Below the pieces are notes generated by a model, which saw only the letters and a program-made list of their open reading frames with translations, made no database searches and had not been told where the DNA came from. A DNA stretch of 64,000 nucleotides from Candidatus Marinacidobacterium sp. (GTDB lineage: Bacteria; Acidobacteriota; Vicinamibacteria; Marinacidobacterales; Marinacidobacteraceae): positions 768,001 to 832,000 of the forward strand of contig OZ242011.1 in the NCBI GenBank assembly GCA_965204755.1, written 5' to 3'. A program made the translations under genes and the position numbers. Numbering within the stretch: position 1 is the stretch's first letter; each line of letters starts with the position of its first letter. Below are positions 30,241 to 39,410 of the stretch, piece after piece.

Positions 30241-30596
30241 GCCGGGGTGCGGGGCCCGGCGGGGGCGCCGGCCGCGAGCGAATCGTCTGCGGGTTGGCGG
30301 AACTCGAGGAAGCCGGGGCGCTCGCCGCGGACCTCGGCGACACGCGGGTGGCGGTGTTCCACCACCGGGGACGGGTATTCGCGCTGAACGAGACCTGCCC
30401 CCACCGCGGAGGCCCGCTGCACCGGAGCGAAGTCGAGGACGGCGTCGCGCGGTGTCCCTGGCACGGCTGGCAGTTCGACCTGGCGACCGGCGTCTCCCCG
30501 CTCAACCCGCGGTCGCGGGTGGCGGCCTATCCGGCGCGAATCGCCGACGGCGAGGTTCGGGTCACCCTTCCGGACGAGCCGACCGACGGGCCGTAA
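30237..30596 (+). CDS. Rieske [2Fe-2S] ferredoxin
   Basis: CPHRGGPL...CPWHGWQFD; GTG overlaps the upstream stop. Confidence 0.88.
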   Translation: MSRGAGPGGGAGRERIVCGLAELEEAGALAADLGDTRVAVFHHRGRVFALNETCPHRGGPLHRSEVEDGVARCPWHGWQFDLATGVSPLNPRSRVAAYPARIADGEVRVTLPDEPTDGP

Positions 30597-30678
30597 CCGG
30601 CCGCCGCCGGGAACGCCGCGAGGACGCGACGCCGCGAGGACGCGGCTGCCGCTCCCGGAGTCGAGTCCCGGGGTGTTC

Positions 30679-31521
30679 TCAGGCCGCGGCGGCGAGCAGT
30701 TCCTCGTAGCGGGCGACCGGGAGGTCGGAACCGAAGGTCTTCCCGCCGGCGCGCTGGTGGAAGTCGGACCCTCCGGTGACCATGAGCCCGAGCGAGTCCG
30801 CGAGCGTTTCGTAGTGGGCACGCTCCTCGGCGGACTGCTCCGCGTGGTAGGCCTCCACCGCGCGCACCCCGCTCTCCCGCAGCATGGGAATCAGGTGGGA
30901 CTGGTCGTCCAGGAACTTGGGATGCGCGATGGAAGTGATCCCGCCGGCGGCGTGGAGCATCCGCGCCGCGTCCGGAACGCTGATCTTCCAGCCGTAACGG
31001 ATGTGGCCGGCGCGGCCCTCGGCGAGGTACCGGTCGAAGGCCTCCTTCCGGTCGGCGACGACGCCCTTGGCCACCAGCGCGTCCGCCACATGCGGACGCC
31101 CCAGGGAACGCCCGCGGAACTGCGCGGCCACTTCCTCGAAGAGGAGATCCACCCCGAACTCCCGGAGCGCGGCGCAGGTCTCGGCGATCCGCTCGCGCCG
31201 CCGGTGCGACACCTCGGCGAAGAACTCCACCAGCGCCCGGTCCTCGGGGTCCACGAAGAGACCGAGCAGGTGCACCGAGCCGACGGCGTGGGTGCAACTC
31301 ACTTCCACGCCGGGCACCAATTCGATTCCGCGGGCCGCGGCCGCTTCCCTCGCCGCGGCGACCCCGGTCATCGTGTCGTGGTCGGTGAGCGCCAGCACCC
31401 GGACCCCGTCCCCCGCCGCCTGTTCGACCACTTCCTCCGGCGAGAGCACCCCGTCCGACTCGGTGGAGTGCGAGTGGAGGTCGATGTGCCCGGCGGCGAG
31501 CGGGGACGACGGGCCGGACAT
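30679..31521 (-). CDS. PHP-domain phosphoesterase (TrpH/YciV-like)
   Basis: DLHSHS..SDG, LTDHD, GVE.S, HLLG, GRPH, AHP, TGGSDFH. Confidence 0.9.
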   Translation of the reverse strand: MSGPSSPLAAGHIDLHSHSTESDGVLSPEEVVEQAAGDGVRVLALTDHDTMTGVAAAREAAAARGIELVPGVEVSCTHAVGSVHLLGLFVDPEDRALVEFFAEVSHRRRERIAETCAALREFGVDLLFEEVAAQFRGRSLGRPHVADALVAKGVVADRKEAFDRYLAEGRAGHIRYGWKISVPDAARMLHAAGGITSIAHPKFLDDQSHLIPMLRESGVRAVEAYHAEQSAEERAHYETLADSLGLMVTGGSDFHQRAGGKTFGSDLPVARYEELLAAAA

Positions 31522-31654
31522 CGGGAAGCGCGGGAGTGTAGCGACCGGCAGAGTCCCGCCGCGCCGGCGGCGGACGGCGGCTTCGCTAAAATCCGGCGTT
31601 CGGGCGCCGGCGACGCCGCCGGGTGACCCGCGATCCACCGGAGGAGCCCCCCTC

Positions 31655-31978
31655 ATGCTCAGCCTGACCGCTGTCGCCGCCGAAAAGGTCGGCGAGTTCC
31701 TGACCCGCCACAACCGCCCGGAGGCGCTGCTCCGCGTGCGCGTCGTCGGCGGCGGGTGCTCCGGGTTCCAGTACCAACTCGCCCTCGACGACGAGTCGAA
31801 GGACGGGGACCGGGTCATCGAACAGAACGGGGTCAAGATGCTGGTGGACGAGCGCAGCCTCCCCTACCTCGACGGCACCGAGATCGACTATGTGGAGGAC
31901 ATCATGGGCGCCGGGTTCCGGTTCAACAACCCGAACGCGGTGTCGAACTGCGGCTGCGGGGAGTCTTTCCAGGTCTGA
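31655..31978 (+). CDS. iscA: A-type Fe-S cluster carrier (IscA/ErpA/HesB)
   Basis: GGGCSGFQY, NPNA...CGCGESF. Confidence 0.93.
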   Translation: MLSLTAVAAEKVGEFLTRHNRPEALLRVRVVGGGCSGFQYQLALDDESKDGDRVIEQNGVKMLVDERSLPYLDGTEIDYVEDIMGAGFRFNNPNAVSNCGCGESFQV

Positions 31979-32065
31979 GTCCCCCCGGGGCCGAAGCCCG
32001 GCCCTCGGGCCCGCGCCCCGCCGGGGCTCGGGCCGCTCTCCGGAAGCGTCGCGGCAGGCGGGCCG

Positions 32066-32851
32066 ATGATTTCCTCGGTCGCGGCGCTCCTCGCCGCCCG
32101 GCTGGCGGGAGGCGTCCTGATCGCCGGCGCGGTCATCGCGCTGCGCCATCCGGCGCCGCCGGCGTATACCCGGTTCCTCCTCGCCGGGGCCGGCGGGGCC
32201 TTGGCGCTCGCCGCGGCCGCCGGCCGGAACCGCCCGGAGGCGGCGCTCCTCGTCGTCCTGGTCCTCGCGGTCGCGGGGCTTTGGGCGGCCTGCCGTCCGG
32301 CGCCGGGACGGGAGTCGGGGCGGTTCGGGGACCGGCCGCGGCTGCTCGCGGCGCTCATGATCCTGCTGGGCTTGGCGGCCGCGCTCGCTTCGCCGGCCCT
32401 CGGGGGCGGCCCGGCGCCGGCGAGCCTCACCGCCCTGGCCGGCGCGCTGCTCGCCGGCTCCACCGCCGCCACGATGACGCTCGGCCACTGGTACCTGGTG
32501 GACACCGCGCTCTCGATCCGGCCGCTGGCCTCCGGGGCGGCGCTGTTCCTCGGCGCCGCCGGGCTCCGCGCCGCCGTCGCCGCCGGCTTCCTGGTCTCCG
32601 GCGGATACCTCGCCCTCCGCCTCGGGTCGCCGGCGGACCTGATCTATTCCACCACCGCGCTCTTCTTCTCCTTCCGGACGGTCACCGGGCTCCTGGCCCC
32701 GCTCACGCTGGCGGCGCTGGTGCGGGCCACCGTGCGCATCCGCTCCACCCAGTCCGCCACCGGCCTGCTCTATGTGGCGCTCATCCTGGTCCTGTTCGGG
32801 GAACTCACCGCGATCTTCCTGGAACTCCTGACCGGCGGGGCGCTGGCGTGA
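32066..32851 (+). CDS. Polytopic membrane protein of unknown function
   Basis: Multiple TM segments, LGHWYL and STQSATGLLY motifs. Confidence 0.7.
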   Translation: MISSVAALLAARLAGGVLIAGAVIALRHPAPPAYTRFLLAGAGGALALAAAAGRNRPEAALLVVLVLAVAGLWAACRPAPGRESGRFGDRPRLLAALMILLGLAAALASPALGGGPAPASLTALAGALLAGSTAATMTLGHWYLVDTALSIRPLASGAALFLGAAGLRAAVAAGFLVSGGYLALRLGSPADLIYSTTALFFSFRTVTGLLAPLTLAALVRATVRIRSTQSATGLLYVALILVLFGELTAIFLELLTGGALA

Positions 32852-32891
32852 GCCGGCCCTGTTTCGAGGGCGCGGGCGTATCGTTGCGCGG

Positions 32892-34214
32892 ATGACCGAG
32901 TCCCGACGCTCCGATACCCCTCCGACCGCAGCCTCGGCCGGCCGGCGGCGTTTCCTCTCGCGGGCCGCCGCGCCGCTCGCGCTGTGGCCGCTGGTTCCGG
33001 TCGCCCGGCTGGCCGGCGGCGGCGAAGGCCGCCGGAACCAAACGGAGGCCGTCCCGGAGTGGGTGCGGCGCGCGCGGCGCGAAATCCCCGCCGCCGGCGA
33101 GAGCCGTTACTTCCAGACCGGCGGGATCGGCCCCTCTCCGGACGCGGTCATCTCCGAGGTCCGGGAGAAACTGGAATTCCAGAACCGGAGCCCGGCGGAC
33201 CCCCGTTACTCCGCGCCGATGGCGGAGGTCGAGCCGGCGCTGAGGGCGCAGTTGGCCCGGGTCTTCGGCGCCGGGGAAGACGAGGTCGCGCTGACCCACA
33301 GCACTTCCGAAGGCATCTCCATCGCCGCCTGGGGTTTGGACTGGCGGCCCGGAGACGAGGTGGTGATCTCGAACACGGAGCACCCGGCGAATGTGATTCC
33401 CTGGTATGTCCTGCGGGACCGGTTCGGCATCGGCATCCGGGTGATGGACCTCTCGCCGGGAACCGACCTGCTCGCGGAAGCGCGAAGGAACCTGACGCCC
33501 CGCGCGCGGATGCTGAGCGTCAGCCATGTCTCCCGGAACAACGGACGCCGGCTGCGCGCGGGAGAATCGGCGGAACTCGGCTCGCTGCTCCGGGCGCGGG
33601 GCATCCTCTACCACCTCGACGGCGCGCAGGGCCCGGGCGCGGTCCCCGTGAACTTCCGCGAACTGGGTTGCGACTGTTACTCCACCTGCGGGCACAAGTG
33701 GCTGCTCGGCCCCAAGGGAACCGGCGTGCTCTTCGCGCGGCGCGAGTCGCTCGACGCCGTGCAGTTGAGTTGGGCCGGCGCGCACAGCCACGCGGAGATG
33801 GACTACGAGGGCGGCTACCGCCTGTTGCCGAGCGCGGCGCGTTACGAGTTCGGCACCCGCGCGCTGGCGGACTTCGCCGGCTTCGGCCGGGCGGTGGAAT
33901 GGATGGAGTCGATCGGCTTCCGCCGGATCGAGGAACGCATCGCGGCGCTCGTGGACTACGCGGGCGAATCGGCCCGCCGCACCGGACGGCTCTCCGTCTC
34001 CTCCCCGGAAACCCCGGAAGACCGCTCCGGCGTCTTCGTCGTCCGGCTGCCGGAAGGCGCCGACGCGACCGCGCTCTACCGCCGTCTCGCGGAGGAGCGG
34101 CAAGTCCTCGGCTCCCCGGTGCGGCGGGAGCGCGACTTCCGGCTGTCCATCCACTTCTTCAACACGCGGGAAGAGATCGAGGCGGCGCTGGAAGCGATCG
34201 CGGCCTCGGTCTGA
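32892..34214 (+). CDS. Class V PLP-dependent aminotransferase-fold enzyme with Tat-like signal
   Basis: GRRRFL, EHPAN, DGAQ, GHKWLLGPKGTG, YEFGT. Confidence 0.85.
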   Translation: MTESRRSDTPPTAASAGRRRFLSRAAAPLALWPLVPVARLAGGGEGRRNQTEAVPEWVRRARREIPAAGESRYFQTGGIGPSPDAVISEVREKLEFQNRSPADPRYSAPMAEVEPALRAQLARVFGAGEDEVALTHSTSEGISIAAWGLDWRPGDEVVISNTEHPANVIPWYVLRDRFGIGIRVMDLSPGTDLLAEARRNLTPRARMLSVSHVSRNNGRRLRAGESAELGSLLRARGILYHLDGAQGPGAVPVNFRELGCDCYSTCGHKWLLGPKGTGVLFARRESLDAVQLSWAGAHSHAEMDYEGGYRLLPSAARYEFGTRALADFAGFGRAVEWMESIGFRRIEERIAALVDYAGESARRTGRLSVSSPETPEDRSGVFVVRLPEGADATALYRRLAEERQVLGSPVRRERDFRLSIHFFNTREEIEAALEAIAASV

Positions 34215-34254
34215 ACGCGCGTTTCGCTCCGCTCGTTCCGGAAGGTTTCGGGAG

Positions 34255-34722
34255 GTGGCCGGACGAAGCCCGGAAGTCGGCTTCTACTGCGACGGGTGCG
34301 ACCGCTATTCCACCTGGACTCCGCCTTTCGAGTCCGGCGACGACGCCTGCTCGCATTGCGGACGCGCCAATCCCCCGGAGGAGGCCGCGCGGGAGATCCC
34401 GGCCGGGGCGGGCGCCGGACTCGGCGACTGCCTCCAGTGCGGCAACCCGGAGATGTACCGGAAGAAGGATGTGCCGCAACAGGTCGGTTGCGCCGTCGTG
34501 CTGGGCGCCGTGGCGCTCTCCACCGCCGCTTACGCGGTATGGGACTTTCCCGGCGCCTTCGCCGTCTTCGCCTCCGTCGCCCTGCTCGACTTCCTGATCT
34601 ACCGCCGACTCGGCGAAGTCGTCGTCTGCTACCGCTGCCACGCCGAGTTCCGAAGATTCTCCGCCGACCCGCGCCACGGCGCGTTCGACATGCACCGCGC
34701 CGAAGAATACGAAGCCGAGTGA
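34255..34722 (+). CDS. Cys-rich (four CxxC) membrane protein, hypothetical
   Basis: CDGC, CSHC, CLQC, CYRC flanking two TM helices. Confidence 0.7.
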   Translation: MAGRSPEVGFYCDGCDRYSTWTPPFESGDDACSHCGRANPPEEAAREIPAGAGAGLGDCLQCGNPEMYRKKDVPQQVGCAVVLGAVALSTAAYAVWDFPGAFAVFASVALLDFLIYRRLGEVVVCYRCHAEFRRFSADPRHGAFDMHRAEEYEAE

Positions 34723-34879
34723 CCGCGCGACCGGCGGCGCGGAGGGGCCGCCCGACGGCCGAAGGACACCGGCGAAGGACACCGGCGAAGGAACGCCGGG
34801 AGTCGGCGTTAGTCTCCCCGCCCGCCGCCGTCCTTCCTCCGCTCGACCGAAGCGCCGGCCGCGAGCATTCCTCCCCGCC

Positions 34880-36097
34880 ATGTCCGTCCAGGTCTTCCAG
34901 AGTCCGCGGGCGCAGACCGAGCCGATCCCGGTCAACGCCGACACCAATCCGGTCAGCGTCCTCTCCGCCGACGAGCGGCTCCACTTCGCCGCCGCGCACG
35001 AAGTGGCCCTGGGCGAAGTGGCGCCCCGGAGCCGCGAGATGGAGCGGGCCGGCGAGATCCCGCCGGACCTGGTGGGGACGCTCGCCCGCTACGGTTTCTT
35101 CGGGGTGGCCGCGCCGGAACAGGTCGGCGGCAGCGGCCTCGACTTCTTCGGGGTCGTCCTCACGGTGGAGGCGCTCGCGCGGGCGGACGCCGCCGTGGCG
35201 CTGCTGGTGGATGTGCACAACACGCTCCTGGTGGGCGCGCTGAACGGTTTCGGAAGCGAAGAGCAGCGGCGGCGGCTTTTGCCGGCGGTCGCCCGCGACC
35301 GGATCGGCGCCTTCTCGCTCTCGGAGGCCGAGTCGGGGAGCGACGCCTTCGCGCTCCGCGCGCTGGCCCGGCGAACCGAAGGCGGCTTCTCGCTGAACGG
35401 GAGCAAGGCCTGGGTTTCGGGAGCGGCGCAGGCAGACCTGTTCCTCGTCTTCGCCCGGAACGAGGACGCGGGCGCAGCGGCCGACCGCGCCATCACCGGT
35501 TTCCTCGTGGAACGCTCGAATCCCGGCCTGGAGGTCGGGCCGCCGGAGAAGAAGGTGGGCCTCAAGGCGTCGAGCACCTGTCCGCTCTTCCTGAAGGACG
35601 CATTCGTTCCCGACGACATGGTGCTCGGTGAAGTCGGCGCCGGAAAGCGGATCGCGCTCTCGCTGCTCAACGAAGGCCGCATCGGCATCGCCGCGCAACT
35701 CGTCGGCATCGGCCAGGCGGCCCTGGACCTCGCCGTTTCCTACGCCGGGAAACGGCGGGCGTTCGGCAAACCCATCGGGGCGAACCAGGGCGTCCGGTTT
35801 TCGCTCGCCGACGCCGCGGCGGAAGTGGAGACGGCGCGCCTCCTCACCTGGAACGCCGCCCGGTTGGTGGACCAGGGCAACGAGGTGCGCTACGCCGCGG
35901 CGATGGCCAAACTGCGGGCGCAGCGCATGGCGGAAGCGGTGACTTCCCTCGCGGTCGAAATCCACGGAGGCGTCGGCTACACCGAGGACTGCCTCGCGGA
36001 GAAACTCTGGCGCGACGCCAAGGCCGGAACGATCTACGAAGGCACCGAAAACATCCAGTTGCTCACCATCGCCCACGGCCTCGGCCTGGACGAGTAA
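34880..36097 (+). CDS. Acyl-CoA dehydrogenase
   Basis: FSLSE.ESGSDA, LNGSKAW, LNEGRIGIAAQ, HGGVGY, IYEGT.NIQ. Confidence 0.95.
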   Translation: MSVQVFQSPRAQTEPIPVNADTNPVSVLSADERLHFAAAHEVALGEVAPRSREMERAGEIPPDLVGTLARYGFFGVAAPEQVGGSGLDFFGVVLTVEALARADAAVALLVDVHNTLLVGALNGFGSEEQRRRLLPAVARDRIGAFSLSEAESGSDAFALRALARRTEGGFSLNGSKAWVSGAAQADLFLVFARNEDAGAAADRAITGFLVERSNPGLEVGPPEKKVGLKASSTCPLFLKDAFVPDDMVLGEVGAGKRIALSLLNEGRIGIAAQLVGIGQAALDLAVSYAGKRRAFGKPIGANQGVRFSLADAAAEVETARLLTWNAARLVDQGNEVRYAAAMAKLRAQRMAEAVTSLAVEIHGGVGYTEDCLAEKLWRDAKAGTIYEGTENIQLLTIAHGLGLDE

Positions 36098-36151
36098 CGC
36101 CGGCGGCGGCGACTACCGGCAGCGGCGACTACCGGCAGCGCCGCCGACCGG

Positions 36152-37639
36152 CTACGCGTCGGCCTTCGCCAGGGAAGCGGCGGTCTCGCGGATCGCCGCC
36201 CAGGCGTCCAGCACCTGTTCGCGCCGGGTATGGGTCTGCCCGACGACCAGGCGGAGGGCCACCCCTGCCGGAACCCGGGTATGGGTCAGGTAGAGCCGGC
36301 CGGAGCGGTTCAGGGTCTCCATCAGTCGAAGGTTGAAGTCGTCGAGCGAGCGGCGTCCGGCGTCGGACGGCTCGCCGCCCTTCCCCGGGGGAGCGGCAAG
36401 AAGAGCGCGGAAGGTCACCTGGTTCAGCGGCGCCGGAGCGAGCGACTCGAATCTCTCGTCCTCCCCGACCCGCTTCGCGAACTCCTGTCCGAGGGCCACA
36501 TGCTCCCGGAGATGGCGGCGGAGCCCCTCGGCGCCGTAGTGGCGGAGGACCAGCCAGAGTTTCAGCGCCCGGAACCGGCGGCCGAGCGGGATATGCCAGT
36601 CGCGGTAGTCGATTACGCCACCGGCTTCCGAAGCCCGGTTCTTCAGGTATTCGGGCGTCACCGAAAGCGTTTCGGTGAGCGCGCGGCGGTCGCGCACCCA
36701 GAAGGCGTCGCAGTCGAAGTTGGTGAACAGCCACTTGTGCGGGTTGAAACAGTAAGAGTCGGCGAACTCCACCCCGGCCTGCAGGTACCGGAACTCCGGA
36801 CACAGGAACGCCGCGCCGGCCATGGCGGCGTCCACATGGAGCCACAGTCCGTGTTCCTTCGCGATCGGCCCGATCTCCGCCAGCGGATCGAACGCGCCGG
36901 TCCCGGTGGTCCCGAGCGTCGCCGCGACGAAACAGGGGATCTTCCCGGCGGCCCGGTCGGCGCGCAGCAACTCGGCGAACGCCTCCGGGCGGGCGGCCCG
37001 GGTCTCCGGGTCCGCCGGGATCGAGCGCAGGTTCTCGCTGCCGAGGCCGGCGATCCGGACCGCTTTCAACAGCGAGGAGTGCGATTCCTCCGAGCCGTAA
37101 GCGACGAGCGGTGCCCGGACCCCGATCCGGTTGGACTCGAACCCGGTGGCCCGTTCCCGGGCGGCGAGCAGGGCGGTGAGCGTCGCCGAGGAGGCGGTGT
37201 CCTGGATCACGCCGCCGCCGGCGCCGTCCGAGCGGAACGCGGCCGGGAGATCGAGGAGTTCCGCCAGCCAGTCGAGGACCAGCGTCTCCAGTTCCGTCGC
37301 GGCCGGGCTGGTCGCCCAGAGCATCCCGTTGACCCCGATCCCGGCGGAGAGCAGTTCCCCGAGCACCGACGGCCCGGAGTTGTTCGACGGGAAGAACCCG
37401 AAGAAACTGGGATGCTGCCAGTGGAGCAGGCCCGGCGCGACGACCCGGTCGAGGTCGGCGAGGACCGCCTCGAAGGGCTCGCCGCGCTCCGGCGGATGCT
37501 CCGGCAGCAGCGCCCGGATCTCGCCCGGACGGACGGAGGGCGCCACCGGGAGGTCGCCGACCCGCCGCCAGTAGTCGGCGATCCAGTCGAGGACGGCGCG
37601 CCCGGCGGCGGCGAACTCCTCCGGGGTCTGGTGGTTCAC
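36152..37639 (-). CDS. Aromatic L-amino acid decarboxylase-like group II PLP decarboxylase
   Basis: HWQHP.FF.FFP, W.TSPAATELE, HVDAA, FNPHKW, DYRDW.IPLGRRFRALKLW. Confidence 0.92.
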   Translation of the reverse strand: MNHQTPEEFAAAGRAVLDWIADYWRRVGDLPVAPSVRPGEIRALLPEHPPERGEPFEAVLADLDRVVAPGLLHWQHPSFFGFFPSNNSGPSVLGELLSAGIGVNGMLWATSPAATELETLVLDWLAELLDLPAAFRSDGAGGGVIQDTASSATLTALLAARERATGFESNRIGVRAPLVAYGSEESHSSLLKAVRIAGLGSENLRSIPADPETRAARPEAFAELLRADRAAGKIPCFVAATLGTTGTGAFDPLAEIGPIAKEHGLWLHVDAAMAGAAFLCPEFRYLQAGVEFADSYCFNPHKWLFTNFDCDAFWVRDRRALTETLSVTPEYLKNRASEAGGVIDYRDWHIPLGRRFRALKLWLVLRHYGAEGLRRHLREHVALGQEFAKRVGEDERFESLAPAPLNQVTFRALLAAPPGKGGEPSDAGRRSLDDFNLRLMETLNRSGRLYLTHTRVPAGVALRLVVGQTHTRREQVLDAWAAIRETAASLAKADA

Positions 37640-37696
37640 GGGTCGGAACTCTCCGGACGGTCGACGCCGACGCGGGCGCGGCGCTCCGCCCGCCGC

Positions 37697-38026
37697 TTAT
37701 CGGTCGAGCCGGTCGATCTTGGCCGCGAGGATGAAGTCGCTCTCGGTGAGCCCGTCCACCTTGTGGGTCCAGGTGCGGACTTCCACCCTCCCCCAGGCGA
37801 CGAGGAGGTCCGGGTGGTGCCCTTCCGCCTCGGCTACGGCGCCCACCCGGTTGGCGAAGGCCAGCGCCCCGGCGAAGTCGGGGAACTCGAACTTGCGGGA
37901 GATGTCGTGGTGGTTCCGGTGGGTCCACCCCTCGACTTCCCGCAGGTAGCGCTCGACTTCGGCCGGCTGGAGGGGGGGCACGCCGCCCCGGCAGGGAACG
38001 CAGTTCCGACTCGCCAGTTCGCTCAT
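37697..38026 (-). CDS. phhB: Pterin-4-alpha-carbinolamine dehydratase
   Basis: AEAEGHHPD, WTHKVDGLTESDFILAAKID. Confidence 0.93.
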   Translation of the reverse strand: MSELASRNCVPCRGGVPPLQPAEVERYLREVEGWTHRNHHDISRKFEFPDFAGALAFANRVGAVAEAEGHHPDLLVAWGRVEVRTWTHKVDGLTESDFILAAKIDRLDR

Positions 38027-38040
38027 CCCGGAATTATGTA

Positions 38041-38103
38041 GCGGCGCTGCCGGGCAGGATCGCGGCGCTGCCGGGCAGGATCGCGGCGCTGCCGGGCGGG
38101 ATC
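38041..38103. repeat. 21-bp tandem repeat, 3 copies
   Basis: GCGGCGCTGCCGGGCAGGATC units. Confidence 0.9.
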
Positions 38104-38122
38104 GCCGCGCCGCGCAGGCCGT

Positions 38123-39397
38123 TCACAGGTCGAGCAGCAGCGCGGCGAGGAGCGCGGCCCGGCGCGGGAGGTCCGAGACCACCACCCGCTCGTGCTCCGC
38201 GTGGGCGCCGTCGCCGAGCGGGCCGAGCCCGTCGAGCACCGGGACGCCGAGGCCGGCGAGGATGTTGCCGTCCGAGCCGCCCCCGGCGGCGCCCTCGGGA
38301 AGGGCCCAGTCGAGGACCGCGGCCAGGCGCCGGGCGGCGCCGTAGAGGCGGAGGACCTCCCCGGAGCGCGTCAGCGGCGGCCGGTTCACGCCGCCGCTCC
38401 AGAGCGCCCGGGCGTCCGGATGCTTCGGACGCAGCGCCCGCAGCCGGCGCAGGAGCAACTCCCCGGCCTCCGGGTCGTCCATCCGCAGGTCGAGGTCCGC
38501 CGAGGCCTCCGCCGGAACCACATTCGTGCGCGTGCCGCCGCGGACCAGCCCCACATTCACCGTGACCCCGGCGGCGGGGTCGGAGAGCGCCGCCGCTTCG
38601 AGGGCCAGCCGGGAGAGTTCGAGGATGGCGTTCACCCCGCGCTCCGGGTCGAGTCCGGCGTGCGCCGCCCGCCCGGTGACTTCCACCCGGAGCAGCCCCA
38701 CCCCGCGCCGCGAGGTCTTCACGCCGCCGCCGGGAAGCGACGGCTCCATGACCAGCCCGGCCGCCGCCCGGCGCCCTTCCCGCTCCAGGAGGGCCCGGCT
38801 GGCCTGGCTGCCGGCCTCTTCGTCGGTGTTCCAGAGGACGGTCAGCGGGCGGCTCGGCTGCCGGCCGGCGGCGTCGAGCGCCCGGAGCGCCCAGATGGTC
38901 TGGACCAGCCCGGCCTTCATGTCATAGACGCCGGGGCCGGTCGCGGCGCCCCGCTCGATCCGCCACGGAAGCCGCGCCAGCGTGCCGTGGGCCCAGACGG
39001 TGTCCACATGGCCGAGGAGCAGCAGCGGGGCGGCGTCCGCCCGGCGGCCGGGGAGCCGGACCAGCCGGTGGGGGCCGCGCTCGGGCATTCCGGGAACGGC
39101 GGCGGCGGGGACGGCTTCGCTCTCGGCGTCGGCGAGGAAGCCCCCGCCCCCGGCGTGGAAGCCCCCGCCCCCGGCAAGGAGTTCGCCGACGGCCTCCTCG
39201 CCCATGCGGGCGGTGGCCCGCGGATCGTCCGTCGGGGACTCGATGGAGACGAATCTCCCCAGCATCGCCTCCATGCCGGAGGCGCGTTCCGCGAGCCAGG
39301 CGGCCAGCCCGGCGATGCATTCCGAGCCGGCGGCGTTCTCCAAACCGGCGGCGCTCTCCGACCCGGCGGCCGGCCCCGGTTCGGAACCGGCCGCCAT
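38123..39397 (-). CDS. M20 family metallopeptidase (glutamate carboxypeptidase-like)
   Basis: GHVDTV, GPGVYDMKAG, DEEAGS, AHAG, GGSDGN, GAHA.HE. Confidence 0.9.
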   Translation of the reverse strand: MAAGSEPGPAAGSESAAGLENAAGSECIAGLAAWLAERASGMEAMLGRFVSIESPTDDPRATARMGEEAVGELLAGGGGFHAGGGGFLADAESEAVPAAAVPGMPERGPHRLVRLPGRRADAAPLLLLGHVDTVWAHGTLARLPWRIERGAATGPGVYDMKAGLVQTIWALRALDAAGRQPSRPLTVLWNTDEEAGSQASRALLEREGRRAAAGLVMEPSLPGGGVKTSRRGVGLLRVEVTGRAAHAGLDPERGVNAILELSRLALEAAALSDPAAGVTVNVGLVRGGTRTNVVPAEASADLDLRMDDPEAGELLLRRLRALRPKHPDARALWSGGVNRPPLTRSGEVLRLYGAARRLAAVLDWALPEGAAGGGSDGNILAGLGVPVLDGLGPLGDGAHAEHERVVVSDLPRRAALLAALLLDL

Positions 39398-39410
39398 GCC
39401 CTCGTCCGGG

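Noticed and set aside
32892-34214. Cysteine desulfurase (SufS/IscS) call because of nearby iscA
   Set aside because: The catalytic Cys motif is absent and there is a Tat-like N-terminus.
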